A stretch of 64,000 bases of DNA from Octopus sinensis (GCF_006345805.1 NC_043007.1:69998001-70062000), one strand, 5' to 3'; shown: positions 1-13,833, counted from the stretch's first letter. A program made the numbers and translations. Notes: generated from the sequence alone by a model not told the origin.

Positions 1-1660
1 TTTTTCGTCACCAGATACATTTCCTCCAATCTACTTTCTCTTTCTTCTTTAATTCACCAACAACGCTTCCACTGGTTCAGTTCACGCATATCTTTGCTTA
101 GGCCGCTAATCTTCATTATTATTCGACTTTATCGCAAATGTACCTGTTGGTCTTCCTACTCTTTCTCTTCCACCCCACAACAATTCTGAAACTACATTAA
201 CACCCGCTCATATCAGTGAATTGGTGTCTTTCATGTTTTCAAAGACAATCTTGTCAATTACGTTATTCACTTTTGATATTTTTTATTTAATTTTGGTTCG
301 ATCTACTGCCCTCAAATGAGGGACTTATTAAGGGACTCCAGCTGCTTAAGTATCTGTCTCAAATTTTTAAGGATCGCTCGTTGATTTCCAACAACGTTAT
401 TCATATAAAATTTCTTTACTTCTAACATGTCACTCGCGTTTTATCTTTTTCAAATGACAGCGTCATATTTGGATTCTCTATTTTCCCCCTATTATCCATC
501 TACATTTGTAATGCTGGTTCTTGTAATTCTGAGTTGATCTTTCTCTGTATTTCTTCAATTTCTCAGATAATTATTTAGATGGGGTCTCAATGAAACCACT
601 GTCCACAGACAGAGTTAAAATTGCTTCAAGAAGGGAAGGACCTTTCTCAGCTTGGTCTGCAACCTGCTGCTTACTGAGTTTAAATACTCCCATACCATTC
701 CCAATATCCAACATATTTCCCCAGAATTCTTGCTTGCTTAGTTTACTTAACATTCTATTAATATCTTATTGATTCCCTTTTCCCCTACAGAACTTTGCGC
801 ATAGCAATAACTGAATGACGACCGGTTCTGCACTGCAGTACCGCATCTAATGGTTGGGAAGCTTTCATCTGGTGGCCCCATCATATTAATGCCATATGTA
901 TTTAGATTTAACCTAGTGCGTTTTTAATAGTCATTCCTTAACGTTGCTTACATTTATGTGCGCTGTATTCTGTCAAGTTATGAATGGATTCCTGAGTATT
1001 TGTCCTTCGAGTAAATCTATGTACTGTCTGTAGGAGTGTTTCTAATTGTTTAGATATCTGCAACATAAAACGTGAGATCGATCATATACAAAAGAGAGTG
1101 ATTGTCTTCCGATAGCATTTGCAACTGAACTCAAAATTGTTTAAAGGTGTTAAATCCAAACAGCAAAACAGTGGAGAGAAAGAAATCCTTGGATTATATT
1201 TGCCATCGAGCTGGCAGAAACGTTAGCACGCCGGGTGAAATGCGTAGCCGTATTTCGTCTGCCCTTACGTTCTGAGTTCAAATTCCACCGAGGTCGACTT
1301 TGCCTTTCATCCTTTCGGGGTCGATTAAATAAGTGCCAGTTACGCACTGGGGTCGATATAATCGATTTAATCCGTTTGTCTGTCTTTGTTTGTCCTCTCT
1401 GTGTTTAGCCCCTTGTGGGTAGTAAAGAAATAGGTTTAGTTTTTATAATTCACCATTCCGGTAACCATTTACTCATAGTGTGTTTATAGTATCTGTTCAT
1501 TATCTGTGTTTTCTTGCTAATGTTTCCATGATTCATATTAGGACTCTGTCAAAAATATTTGGCTATTGATCCTATGCCATTCTCAGATTTCTTCTTATGT
1601 CTTCGGTCGTGGATTTGTTGGTCATTGATTGAACATCACAGCCATTCGAAACTTTGAGGA
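1..1660 (-). mobile_element. Decayed R4/Dong-type non-LTR retrotransposon fragments (RT piece then N-terminal piece), interrupted by a SINE
   Basis: Minus-strand translations recall R4/Dong ORFs: NLRMA*DQ..FDRVL..IMETL (~1500-1600), HSLLYMIDL (YxDD-like, ~1070-1100), MLDIGNGMGVFKLSKQQVADQAE (~640-720), EIEEIQRKINSEL (~520-570). Many stops and frameshifts. Confidence 0.55.
1202..1435 (+). mobile_element. SINE family A, near full length
   Basis: Head GAGCTGGCAGAAACGTTAGCACG, B-box-like GAGTTCAAATTCC, body GGTCGACTTTGCCTTTCATCCTTTCGGGGTCGAT. The same sequence recurs more than ten times in the window. Confidence 0.85.
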
Positions 1661-2050
1661 AACGCTTCTCCTCTACTCGAAATATGTTTTACTTCAGGTA
1701 TTTATCTTCAGCGATAATACTGTAATGAAAGTAGGCTGTGTGTCTGTAGAGTTTGGGATTTGTTCTATCTTGATTGCACTGTGTAACACGGTTTTTGTCC
1801 TTGGGTAGCAACTGTTATTTCCTATTTGCGTACCCCTAGGAAGTATGAAAAATGACTAATGTTTCCTTCAAACTTTGCTTTTCTTACATTTATTCAAACA
1901 TCAAAGAATCCTTCTTAACACATCATTATGATGCTCCCCCACTACTCCTGCTCATGATCGGAGGTACACATGTTGTCAGCTACTAAAGGACATTCTCAAC
2001 TGGTTAATGTCAAACAAATGACAAACAAATCTGTGATTTTGAGCAGAATA

Positions 2051-2351
2051 TCTTTATATATATAAAAGTGAAGTTGTGTGTCTGTCTCCTACGATTTAGA
2101 TTCGTAACTACTCCCACATTTTGCGGTGCAGTGTAACCAAAAGCGGGTATCTTATAGTCGTGATTCATATCGAGCCCTTCTGGGTATTAGCGCGTGTCTA
2201 CGATAAGTCTACAATTTTAAAAAAAAAATTACCATAATTTTTTCTCATTTTTAATGCAATTTTTTGCTATTTATAAGGGAAGTAACTCTCTAAAAATGCT
2301 TATATAGTTTTTTCCCTTACAAACCCGAGCAACGCCGGGTGATACTGCTAG
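2051..2351 (+). mobile_element. Non-autonomous Helitron
   Basis: Starts TC(TTTATATATATAAAA) and ends CTAG. Subterminal hairpin ACCCG-agcaacgc-CGGGT (2323-2340). Inserted between A (2050) and T (2352) with no TSD, all canonical Helitron hallmarks. Confidence 0.8.
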
Positions 2352-2539
2352 TTTGCTATAGAAATATTTCTGCTTCAGCAACTCAGTGCTGAATCTGCCT
2401 GAAATGGAAAACAAGTCAGTTTGGAAACATTGATGTCCAGGTGATAAAAGTAAAGTTTGAAGGGAACAGAAGTCATTTCCTTTAGTTTCTAGATAGAAGC
2501 AAATAGGAAATAACACTTACTGACCAAAGAAAGAAAAAA

Positions 2540-2940
2540 AAATTGTGACAGTATTATTGAAGTATTCTCCTTAGTGCCCAGATCAGATGTTGTTCCTGAT
2601 TCTTTTAGTATACTATTAAATATTTCCATCAGAAATTTTGGATTATAACCTTTCCTAGTGTCTGCCAGTCTGCCAGTTATTCTTATAGTGTAGCGTCTGG
2701 GCTTCTTCTTCAGTTGGTGTGGCATCTCGGGATTGATTAGTGATGTGTTTATTGTTCTGAACAGCCTTGTCCCTAGCAATTCCTTTGCGGTCAATATTCC
2801 TCAGAATTCTTTAATTACTTCTCCTATTGGTGTTGCATTGATTTCTATTTTCTTTTACCTTACCTGATTGTTGAGGCTTATCATGACGAAGAATTCTTTT
2901 CTATTTCGCGAGGAAATCATTTTTCTTTTCACGTGTTTTG
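2540..2940 (-). mobile_element. Probable R4/Dong 3' end relic
   Basis: LTAKELLGTRLFRTI resembles the Dong C-terminal LQKxALLGTARILR seen better preserved at ~30900. Highly degenerate. Confidence 0.35.
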
Positions 2941-2997
2941 TTGATATTTTAATATACGTAGTTGAGTAAATCTTAGGAATACGCCCTTCACTTCGTA

Positions 2998-3200
2998 AAT
3001 CTTCTTCTTCTTCTTCTTCTTCTTCTTCTTCTTCTTCTTCTTCTTTTTCTTCTTCTTCTTCTTCTTCTTCTTCCCCACCTCCTCCTCCTGGTCGCTATTC
3101 TGTAGAATGCATCCACTACCGCCGCCGCCGCCGCCGCCGTCGCAGTCACCGCCGTTGCCGGTGTCGCCGTCGCCGCCGCCTCCACCTCCACCACCACTGC
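2998..3200. repeat. Compound trinucleotide microsatellite (CTT)n then (CCG/CCA)n
   Basis: Seen directly. Confidence 0.95.
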
Positions 3201-3250
3201 CGCCATTGCCGTCACTACATTTATAAATTTTAATATAGAGACAGAGCGAA

Positions 3251-3440
3251 GGCAGCGAGCAGGCAGAATCTTTAGCAAGCCGAGCGGCATTTCGTCCGAC
3301 TTTACATTCTTCGTTCAAATTCTGCCGCGGTCGACTTTGCTTTCATCCTTTCGTGGTCGATAAAATAAGTACCAATTGAGCACTGGGGTCGAAATAATCG
3401 ACTTATCTCATCTCCCGAACCTTGTGTCAAAATTTGAAAC
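3251..3440 (+). mobile_element. SINE family A, diverged
   Basis: Collinear with 1202-1435. Confidence 0.75.
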
Positions 3441-4004
3441 TAATATGGAAACGGAGCTGTGTCACTTGAGTATCTCGTGTATGATTTTAGTAGGACAATT
3501 ATTAGCGATCCAAACCGACTGAGTTGGAATTAAAAATGTTATAATAATAAAGAATTCTATTCTGTAAACCAGTAAAAATAATTGAAAGGAATCGAAAACA
3601 TACCATGTAGTATTTCTTTTGACTCTTTACACTCTGAGTTCAGTTTTAACCAGGATTAATTTTGCCTTCAAAGGTCACTAAAATACAATATAGTGAGCTA
3701 CTGGGGTCAGTGTAATTGACTATCTTCCTCCCACCAAAAATTAGCAGTTTTGTGCCCAAAATAAAGATGCGATTAAGAGTCATGAATTCAAATCCTCTTT
3801 AGAGTATGAGAAACCTCAATACCGGGCGTTGAGTTGACTGTCCTACTTTCACACAGATCCTTCAGTGATGCGCCTACGAGTCATTCGAATATATCAAGTG
3901 ATTGTAGTGGATTAATTTTACACAATTGAACAGGGCAGATGGTATGTTCCAATTATGGCGTTGATGTATGATACGAAGATCTCAGGTTCAGTTCAGCAAG
4001 TGTT

Positions 4005-4335
4005 TTCTACTATAGCTTTAGGCTGGCCAAAGCCTTGTTAGTGTATTTGGTCGATTGAAACTGAAAGAAGTCTATCGTATATAAATGTGTGTTTGTGTGT
4101 GCCTGTGTGTGTGTGTGTATGTGTGTTTGTGTATGTGTGTGTGTGTGTGAGTGTTTATGTTTATCCCACACTATCGCTTGATGCCCTGTATTGGTTTGTT
4201 TACGTTGCCCGTAACTTAGCAGTTCATCAGTCTGGTGACATAAGTACTGGCATCGAATTGTTCGACTAAACTTTTCAAGGCGGAGCCCCAGCATAGACAT
4301 AGTTCAATAACAGAAACAAGTAAAAGCTAAAAAGG
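4005..4335 (+). mobile_element. SINE family B, 5'-truncated
   Basis: CCAAAGCCTTG..GAAACTGAAAGAAG module, internal (TG)n, tail GAAACAAGTAAAAG, collinear with 61855-62275. Confidence 0.75.
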
Positions 4336-5299
4336 TGATTTACTCACCAATCGAAAAGTTTTCTTTATATTGTTCCCGAAAGAAAAGAACGGAAGGATAA
4401 ACACTAACGTGTTGAACATATTTAGTAAAATATTGCTTTGGAAACAGATTGGACTTTACACTTTGCATCGTGCAAACCAGCTTTGCTTACTTCTTAATAA
4501 AATTGGTAAATATAACTTAGTTTTTAAGGTGGAGACCATAGTTTTATAGGATGTGAATAAAATTTTAGTTTAGACTTGACGATAATTGCACTGGAACAGA
4601 GAGGGAATCAAAATATTCTAGGTAATTAAAGACAAGTAGGCAACTGATAACGTCCAGAATTATAGTCTTTTGATTCGCTTAAAAATCTTCCTCTGAGGTA
4701 AAATCTTAACGTAAAACACGTACCCAGATTTTATTTCTACAAGTGTAAATTTATGAATGCCATTAATGTCTTTAGGAAAGACATAAGCAGCACAGCAACT
4801 TACTCTCTCCCCTAAATTTTAGGCCTTCTACCATGTCAAGATAAATCAATCCATTTCATATAGTAAACGCACCGAATTGATAGTAGCATCGGGATAAATT
4901 ACAGGATTTAGTTTATTTTCTCTTCATTTTGAGTTCAAATGATTTTGGTGTAAGTAAAATAAGGATTATTAATATATTTCGATCAATTAATCATTTCCTC
5001 TATCTGAAATACTTGGCCTCGTGCATTGTCAAAGGAAATCAATACTGTATGAAATATCAGAGGATATCGATATTTCTAGCGGTTCTAAAGTATTGCAATG
5101 TGTAATTATCTTTCTATTACACCACGCCCTACATTTCTGTATCTTTATATTCCAGTTGCTACTAAATAAAATAATGATATTGCTGCACGGATTTGCATTG
5201 CTTCTAATTAAAATACAGTGATTCACCCATTTACGGGATTCCATCATTGAACTGCATTCATAGTGGTGGTGTGGGTCTGCCTTCAAGGTTTTAGTTCGG

Positions 5300-5630
5300 T
5301 CATACCGATATCAACACTTGCTTTAGTCCAGCACTTATTTTATTGAGTTATTTTTATTGAACCGCCAGAACATGCGACATCATTAAAGGGTCAAACTTGT
5401 TGACGATTCTCTCAACTCTGCCTCTCCATTCATCTTTGTCGTCCATGGAAATGGAAGTTCTAATCATTGAAATCCAGTATCAACTGTTGGCAGATCGACG
5501 TATATTTTGGCAAGGGGGCCATTGTGATTTCGACCTGGCAGAGGTGTCCAAAGTCGCGTGTAACCGTCTCACCCTTACTTCTCGAGCAGTGTCCGCTAAA
5601 CAAACACTTTTCTCTAATCGTGCCTGATAT
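5300..5630 (-). mobile_element. RTE-clade LINE 3' end relic
   Basis: Minus translation AKIYVDLPTVDTG...ELP..MDDKDEWRGRV matches the typical RTE ORF C-terminus. Confidence 0.55.
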
Positions 5631-5924
5631 TTAACGAGCTTATTGTATGATTGTTTTCATTGGTACGATTTCATTCCCAGAACACATTTAATATGACATA
5701 GCGCATGCGCATCTATAGGCTACCCAGCATAGTTTGAAGCCTTTTAGTTAATGTTCAGATAGAAGAGCCACAAAGCAATATTGATTCTGTAACTGCATGG
5801 AAGAACTTTTTGTTAATATTCTCTAAGAGTTTAAATTTCTGTATTATGCTGCTAAGCGAATCTTTTTGAACCTGATTTGGTTTCTATGAAGAATGTTCCA
5901 GAGCTCTAGCTAGATTTAATTATA

Positions 5925-6346
5925 CAGGGTGGCGCACGGAAAAGTAGTATAAATGCAGAAATAAATTTATACGCACGAAAAAACATCCAGTCTTTCGTTT
6001 TCAAGTGTCATGGTGTTATTTCGACCGCTTGTAACTGCTGAACAAACATGACACACCAGTCGATTGTTTGCTACGTTATTCTCGCCACATCCTCACCTTA
6101 TTAGTTGATTGTAAGATTGCATTGAGGGAACATCACTAGCCTTTTCTGAAAGATGCCATATGGAAAAGGTTGGAGATTGTCAAAACAGGTTCTGTTTAAG
6201 TAAACGCACGGAATTTTTCAATTCAAGTTTCCGGTAAAGGGAACGATACAAACGTCGATCTCAAATTCTTCTATGGCAATTGCAAACTTATCTCTGCATT
6301 TACAAAATGCTACGGAACCCGGGCTACTTTGTTTTGCGCTGCCCTG
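5925..6346. mobile_element. Tc1/mariner-type non-autonomous element
   Basis: Imperfect TIRs CAGGGTGGCGCACGGAAAAGTAG / CTACTTTGTTTTGCGCTGCCCTG with TA on both sides. Confidence 0.6.
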
Positions 6347-7199
6347 TATATGATTATGTTATAGATCTTAGCTACAACAATTGTTCATGTAACACCCCAG
6401 TAATTCTATATATAGTATAAGTTAGCTTTCTTTCTTTTAGGGGAAGTGAACATTCAGTTCATTTATTAATTGGGTTTTTACTGTAGGTGGAGTTAAAGTA
6501 GATCATTAAGTACCCGCATGTTAACCAATTCAAATACTTTCCTGTTTTTTGACAGTAGTCTGTTGTGAAGCTACCCATTTTGATATTCAATTTGCAATTT
6601 ATGATAGGCGCAACAATTTTGTCAGTAATGATTGGAAATTTCCCAAGAAGATTCTGGAAGTGGTTCTTCTGTCAGTTAAGACGATCATACTTGGTTTGAA
6701 GCTTTTAATTTTGCGTTATTCATCAAGGCATAAAGGGATGCATATTTCGATTTTTAAAATGTAAATTCCTTCAAATAACGCCTGACGCAATCTCTTGTGT
6801 GTATGTAAATATATCGGTTTTGCAGTGAATATTCTTTAGTGCGAAAGCCTAAGCTAATGATAGCATGTGAGGAGAAATTGCAAATTTTGGTTTTCTTCGA
6901 CATCTTTTAATCCAGTTTCTCACAGAATATGGAAATGATTTAACTGATGTCGACCGAAATTATAAGAATTTTAAATTTCATCATACGGTACATAGTATTG
7001 TGTATTACGGCAAATAATATTATATATTTATCATAATATAATGCATTACTTGTAGATAGTATAATGTATTTGTCATAATGATATAATGCATTACGTATAT
7101 ATAATATAACATGCATATCGTTATGATATAATGTAAATTTTGTAATAATCTTTTGTGTAATAGGCATAAGACCTGAAAAATTTGGGAACAATGTTTTAG

Positions 7200-7361
7200 T
7201 CGATTATATCGACTCCAGTGCTTCACAGGTACTTGTTTCATCGACCCTGAAAGGATGAAAGACAATGTCACCTTGGTGGAGTTTGAACATAGAACGTAAA
7301 ACCGGATGAAATGCCGCCAGACATTTTGTCCGGTATGCTAGCGATTCAGCCAGCTCACCGC
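7200..7361 (-). mobile_element. SINE family A inside a degenerate AT-rich minisatellite
   Basis: Reverse complement of the family A head and body. The flanks carry repeated TATCATAATATAATG-like units. Confidence 0.7.
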
Positions 7362-8916
7362 TTTTATATTTATCATAATAATCTAATGTATCACAGCACA
7401 TAATATAACGTATTTGCTTTAATATTATATATTTATTATAACATAATGAAATTACGTGTATACAATGTAGTTACTATGATAATATGTATTACGTGTCGAG
7501 AAACTTATTTATACACAGAATATTTGATATGGTCAATAGATACAATAAATTGATTTTATCGGATGAGATGAAGGACCACCTTTTGTGCGGTTTTAAATGA
7601 TTGTTTTACAGAATATGAAATGAATTTATTTTATTGGCATTATCAAGACACGATTTAAACTTGCAAACTAAAGGGACGAAACTAAACACTTTGATAAAAA
7701 TTTCATCTCCAGCAGCTCTGTTATATCGGCCCAAGTTGCATCTAAAAGTCAATCTACTTATAATCATGTTTTCATATCAAATATTGGCAAAAATCTACTC
7801 ATTTCCAAGGAAAGGTAAAGTTGATTAAATCGAAGAGTAATACACTTATTTTATCGATCTTCGATCGAATAAAGAGTAAATACGTTCCCAGAAGTATTTA
7901 ATCTATAGAGATGTAATTAAATTCTGTAAGGTATTTTGCTCGGCGCTTCACCGATTCTGTCTCTCCATCACCCTTTACCTTTGACTTCCGTGTAGATAAC
8001 AAAGATAAAAAGATCTCTAAATGGGAAGTTTCCCTTCTGTTAGTGCAGGTAAAACGCGGTGAGAGGATATCGAAGCAGCTACCTCTTCAAGCCACCGATG
8101 CTGTTCGAGGAAGGAGTAGGGACTAATACAGACTGGCAACCGGTGTTTTGTAGAAATTAAGGGCAGCTGGAAACAATATAAGACAAGCCTAGGACAACAG
8201 GTCTCCAGCTAGTGGTTTATTGGAAATGGTTATTTTTGAAAAGCTCTGAAAGGATAAAAGGCAAACCCCGGTGGAATTTGAACTTAAAAAGGAAGAGTCG
8301 AAACAAGTACGGCAAAACATTTTTATCCGATGCGCTTACGATTCAACCATCCTTTGTATATTAAAAATAAATTATAGATTTTCAGTATTTTTTTTATATG
8401 TGGCGTAGTAGTAGTTCTTCATCACATCAAATTAAAACTCTCGATTTATTCTAAAAATATAGCCTCTATGTTTACTATTGGTCAATAAAGCTGTTTTACT
8501 TTATGGTTATGCAATATAGGAATGGAAAATTTAGTATAAGACTGTATAAATCAGGTTTAAAAAATGTAAAAGATGGCACAGAATGGATTCTAGGTAAAGT
8601 TGTTCTAGCATTGTTATGCATAAAATAAAGATTTAATCTAGACATTATGAAGACGGATATAAGTGGAGTCAGATGGATGTAGAGGATACAACGACAAACG
8701 GAGACTATTATAGGCAGCAAAGAGGAAAATATTCGATATACATACATACATAAATACATACAGACATACATACACACACATACACACACACAAACATACA
8801 CAGACATATATATACATAATATATATATATTATGTATATATATGTATATATTATATATATATATTATGTATATATATGTATATATATATATACGTATACA
8901 TATATGTATATATACG

Positions 8917-8980
<64 letters not shown>

Positions 8981-10423
8981 CACATACATATATGTATGTA
9001 CATGTGTGTGAGTGTGTGTATGTGTAAAACATTAGGCTGGTATCTTAGCAGCAGCTAGCCAATGCAGTTGATTATTTAAAATGCATATAGTGTGGTGCAA
9101 ATAACAAGGGAACAAAGAAAATCTGATTAGATTCAGAATTAGAAGTTAATTACAACTTTATTGATGATCAGCATAGCATGGAGCAGCTGGAATATGGAGG
9201 TCAGTCTAAGAGTTCGAATAGCAATATGTTCGAACTGCAATGTGAAAGGAAAAGGGTGTATGTGAGTTTAATTGGTGAAAGGGTATGCGATGGAAGGCAA
9301 AAGAACCAAAAAAATTCAACAGGCAACACAGAGACGAATATGTAAATAAATACAGCGTCATGTATTAACAAAATGTGAGTGCCAAGCATTGTTTAGGAAT
9401 AAGCAAAATTTAGGTCAGTTAAAATATGTTTGGGATATATTTCAATTGCTAAAAGGCAAATATACTGTAGTTACTGCAGAGAAAATAACCCTCTTATGGG
9501 AAGAGGTGTGAAAACACCCGGTTTGTTCAGTGTCGCCATCTATCAGGAATCCCAGACATCGATGTTTCGAGTTTATTGACTCGTCAAACTCGGTGGAAAT
9601 AACCAGACATATCTACTACATGTAAGACAATTAATAAAGTGAATTCTAACACGTTTAGTTTTGTGTGACAAACAGTTTTAATTAATTAAAATTGCACTCC
9701 TATTAAAGAAAAACCACTATGTTAATGACTAACTCCGGTCAAGAAGGAGCCCAAGGAGACAGACCTTGAATTTAAAGTAATGTGAAATATCTTGCAAAGG
9801 AGAATGAGTTTGGGTAGTATATGTGATTTTTGTGAATGAATATTGCTATTATAATTTTAAGAAAATATTTTAGGTGGGAGATATTTAAAGATGCCCGCAG
9901 TACGAAAAGCTATTTGCAAAGTGAGTAGTGTGTTTCTCTAGCTATTCTTTAACATTATCACATCCCATCCAGTATTCATTAACGAAACTCCTATATTTTC
10001 CTTGTCATCAAAGATCTGCAGTAATGATAAGATTATGCTTATGAAGTCAAATGAGACCAAAACATACCCGGTGTTAGCACCATGCCCTACATATTAGACA
10101 CAATCGATATTCCATTCATAATTTTAATTATTTGAAATTATGGTAATTGTCTCCCTTGTCTTGAACAATGGTAATCATTAAGATAATGATTAGCTCTTTT
10201 ACTATGGGTGAAAATTTTAATGAACTGACATTGTTTGGTTCACTACATAATTAAGTTAATGTCCAGCTTACTCGCCGTGTTTACATGAAGGTTGCACGGC
10301 TTGTGCACTAACATCAGTGCCTCGAGTATTATATTAAAATCTTAAGTTTTTGGTAATTTTCCATAATTTTCAATTATTCAGTCTGCTTACACATACTAGT
10401 GTGTGCATATATACAAGGCTGTA

Positions 10424-10574
10424 TAGAAAGAAGCTTGCTTCCCAACCACATGGTTCCAGGTTCAATCCCACTGCATGGCACATTAGGCAAGAAGTGTCTT
10501 CTACTATACCTTTGGGCCAACCAAAGCCTTGTGAGTGGATTTGGTAGACGGAAACTGAAAGAAGCCCGTCGTAT

Positions 10575-10656
<82 letters not shown>

Positions 10657-10699
10657 TATATATATATATATGTATATATATATATTATATATATATTTG

Positions 10700-10750
<51 letters not shown>

Positions 10751-10930
10751 CTGTGTTTGTCCCTCCCCCACCATTGCTTGATAATCGATGTTGGTGTGTT
10801 TACTTCCTTGTAACATTAGCGGTTCGGCAAAAGAGATCGATAGACTAAGTACGAGGCTTACAAAGGATAAGTCCTACGGTCGACTTCTTCGACCCAAATC
10901 CAACACAGCCGCAAGTCAAATGACTGCAGC
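10424..10930 (+). mobile_element. SINE family B with expanded internal (TA)n(TG)n
   Basis: Head GCTTGCTTCCCAACCACATGGTTCC, central module, microsatellite and tail module. Confidence 0.85.
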
Positions 10931-11499
10931 AGTATCACTTATACCTAACAAACTGGCTCCCGTTCCTGTTTCTTATCTCTAACTCTAACATGTCGATGTG
11001 GGTCTCTTTGTCTTAAAATAATCCCACCATATCTCAACAAATGTTTTCTAAAATTCGGATCTGGTTTCCTCCTGAAGTAAGCGGAAAATTCATTCATGAC
11101 CAGTGATAACGAAAAACTCAGAATGGAGCAGCAAACTCCTTCGTTTCTGTCTGTCTGCCTCTCACAGCTCTGTTTAACTCTCTCTGTCTCTCCCTGTCTT
11201 TCTTTCTCTCTCTCTCTTTCTGCATCCCCCCTCCCTCTCTCTCCGTCACACATACATATACACCCACGCACGCACACATACACAAATTAGGCTTTCTTAA
11301 TCATCTCTCTTAGGCGACATTGGATCGGCAGCGTACATTGGAAAACGGTAACTATTAAAATACCTCATTTAAAAATCATATTTTCAGAAAGTGAGTTTTC
11401 TGTTTTAAAAACTGTAGGATGTAGCACATTTAAATTCGATTATATCTATAAAATATCAGGTAATATACTCTCTCAAGAGCACTATCAATTTTTTAATAA

Positions 11500-11801
11500 A
11501 AATGTTTGATATATATATATGTTTTATATATATGTTATATATATATATATATATAATATATATATATATATTTATTTATTTATTTATATACATATATATA
11601 CATATATATATATTTATTTATATACATATATATATATATATATATATTTATTTATATACATATATATATAACATGTATATATATATAAAACTATAATATA
11701 AATATAATATAACATACATGATATATATATAATATTACATATATTATACATATATATTATTTATATATAATATATATGTATTATATATATATATATATAT
11801 T

Positions 11802-11838
<37 letters not shown>

Positions 11839-12090
11839 TTTATATATATGTTATATATATATATATCATGTATGTTATATTTATATTTATATTATAGTTA
11901 TATATAATATATATATATATATATATACATGTTATATATGTATATATATAGATAATTATTATATATACATATATATGTATATAAATAAATAAATATATAT
12001 ATTTATATATACCTACATGCCTACATACATACATACATGCATACATACATACATGCATGCATACATACATATATATATATATATGGTAAA
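11500..12090. repeat. AT-rich microsatellite block containing a large inverted repeat
   Basis: 11688-11730 (CTATAATATAAATATAATATAACATACATGATAT) is the reverse complement of about 11858-11900. The symmetry extends outward to roughly 11560 and 12005. Confidence 0.85.
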
Positions 12091-12675
12091 TATTTGTATC
12101 ATATTTTATATATACACTTTGTAACACATATACACATTCATATGTTCATGTACAAAACCATTTCTTATATGAAAACTTTTCCGATACAAAAACTTTTCAG
12201 TAATATGTGGATCAACCTCTTCCTCTCTCTTTTTGTAGAAATACTAACCTTGTGATAACATTAACTAATATTTTTCCCAGTAAAACTGTTTTATTAATAC
12301 ATTTGTTATATGAGAAAATAATTTTGTATTTTTACTTTCATATATATAAATATATACCAGAAATATTTACCTCCTATGTTAAAAAATAAACTTGATTTAT
12401 ACACACACGCACACACTCACTCACATATAACACGCAGCTCCTAATTTGAAATGACCTCATTTGGAACAACATATTTGTGCAAAAAACAACAGATGTCAAC
12501 TTCAACCGTTCAGGTGCTACTTTACGGAATAAAGAACCAAATTCCAATACCCGAGGAAAGTCCGGAGTCTCGCCTAATCAAAAACATCTCAGACTTATTG
12601 CATTTGCAACCACAGCGAGAAGAGGATAACATTTTCACGGGTTTGATTCTAACTTGTTATTTTGCCTCATTTCAG

Positions 12676-12813
12676 TCTGAACCAGGGAAATCTAAACTCA
12701 GGAAGAATTTGGAAAAGAACTTCTACTTAGTGGTTGAATCTGTTGTTTTATCACCTTTCAACCCAATGCTTTACCGAAAACAATTTTCTAAATTTCAAAA
12801 CCCAATCACTTTG
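12676..12813 (+). CDS. Weak candidate internal exon (phase 0-0), SEPGKSKLRKNLEKNFYLVVES...QNPITL
   Basis: Acceptor ttgttattttgcctcatttcAG, donor TTG|GTAACG, 46 open codons inside ORF 12451-12891. No recognisable homology. Confidence 0.2.
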
Positions 12814-13377
12814 GTAACGAATAAAAAAATATACTTATATGTTTTCCTTTGGTATACACCCAAAACCTATACACATTATTTTAGCATTTGATTAAGAATA
12901 AATATAAATTTCATTTTTTGTTTGTGCAATATAAACTTCACTTCTCAAACTTCAAAAGTATAGAGTAAAGAAATCTGAAGGCGGTGAATATAACGAATGA
13001 ATTTGTAGTTTAATTGAAACTAAAGTAAACCATTCTTTTCATTGTTGTCTGTAGCTGATTTAAAAGAAAATTATCCGGTTTGAATGAAAGCAAAATTCTC
13101 CCACTTACTCTAAAACAACAAACTTCATATAGAAAATTCCTCACCACAAAAATGTGTTCCTACAATGTAAAACAAATGAAAAAAAAAACATCTTACATAA
13201 AGTGATCTACGGAAATATCAAACATAATATCAGGTTTCTGTTGAACGTAACATAAAGAACAAAAAAAAAATAACTGTAATAACTGTTTAGGCTAGGTTCA
13301 AATTTATCAGCAATAAATTGGTTATACATCTACATTGCACAAAATATTTTAACAATTTTTTATGCAATTCCTAAGAA

Positions 13378-13833
13378 TTTTGAATTATAAAAATATTATT
13401 GAATTTTTTGAAATATCAAATGGTTAGGAGGATCTATCCGAGTAAAATAGGAATCAAAGGAGCCCATAGGTAAAAAACGGTTGAGGAATACTGGACTAAA
13501 CCATATTCCTTATGGGGAAATGAGTCACAATTTTGAATTATAAAAATATTATAGGATTTTTAAAAATATCGAATGGTTAGGAGGGTCTATCCGAGTAAAA
13601 TAGGGATCAAAGGAGCCCATAGGTAAAAAACGGTTGAGGAACACTGGGCTAAACCATATTCTTTATGGGGAAAGGAGTCACAATTTTGAATTATAAAAAT
13701 ATTATAGGATTTTTAAAAATATCGAATGGTTAGGAGGGTCTATCCGAGTAAAATAGGAATCAAAGGAGCCCATAGGTAAAAACGGTTGAGGAATACTGGG
13801 CTAAACCATATTCTTTATGGGGAAAGGAGTCAC
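13378..13833. repeat. Tandem repeat, 3 x 153 bp
   Basis: Units start at 13378, 13531 and 13684. Each contains AAAAACGGTTGAGGAA(T/C)ACTGG, resembling a hAT/Charlie-type terminus. Confidence 0.95.

Noticed and set aside
13378-13833. CRISPR-like or regularly spaced array
   Set aside because: Whole units repeat with no unique spacers, and the context is eukaryotic.
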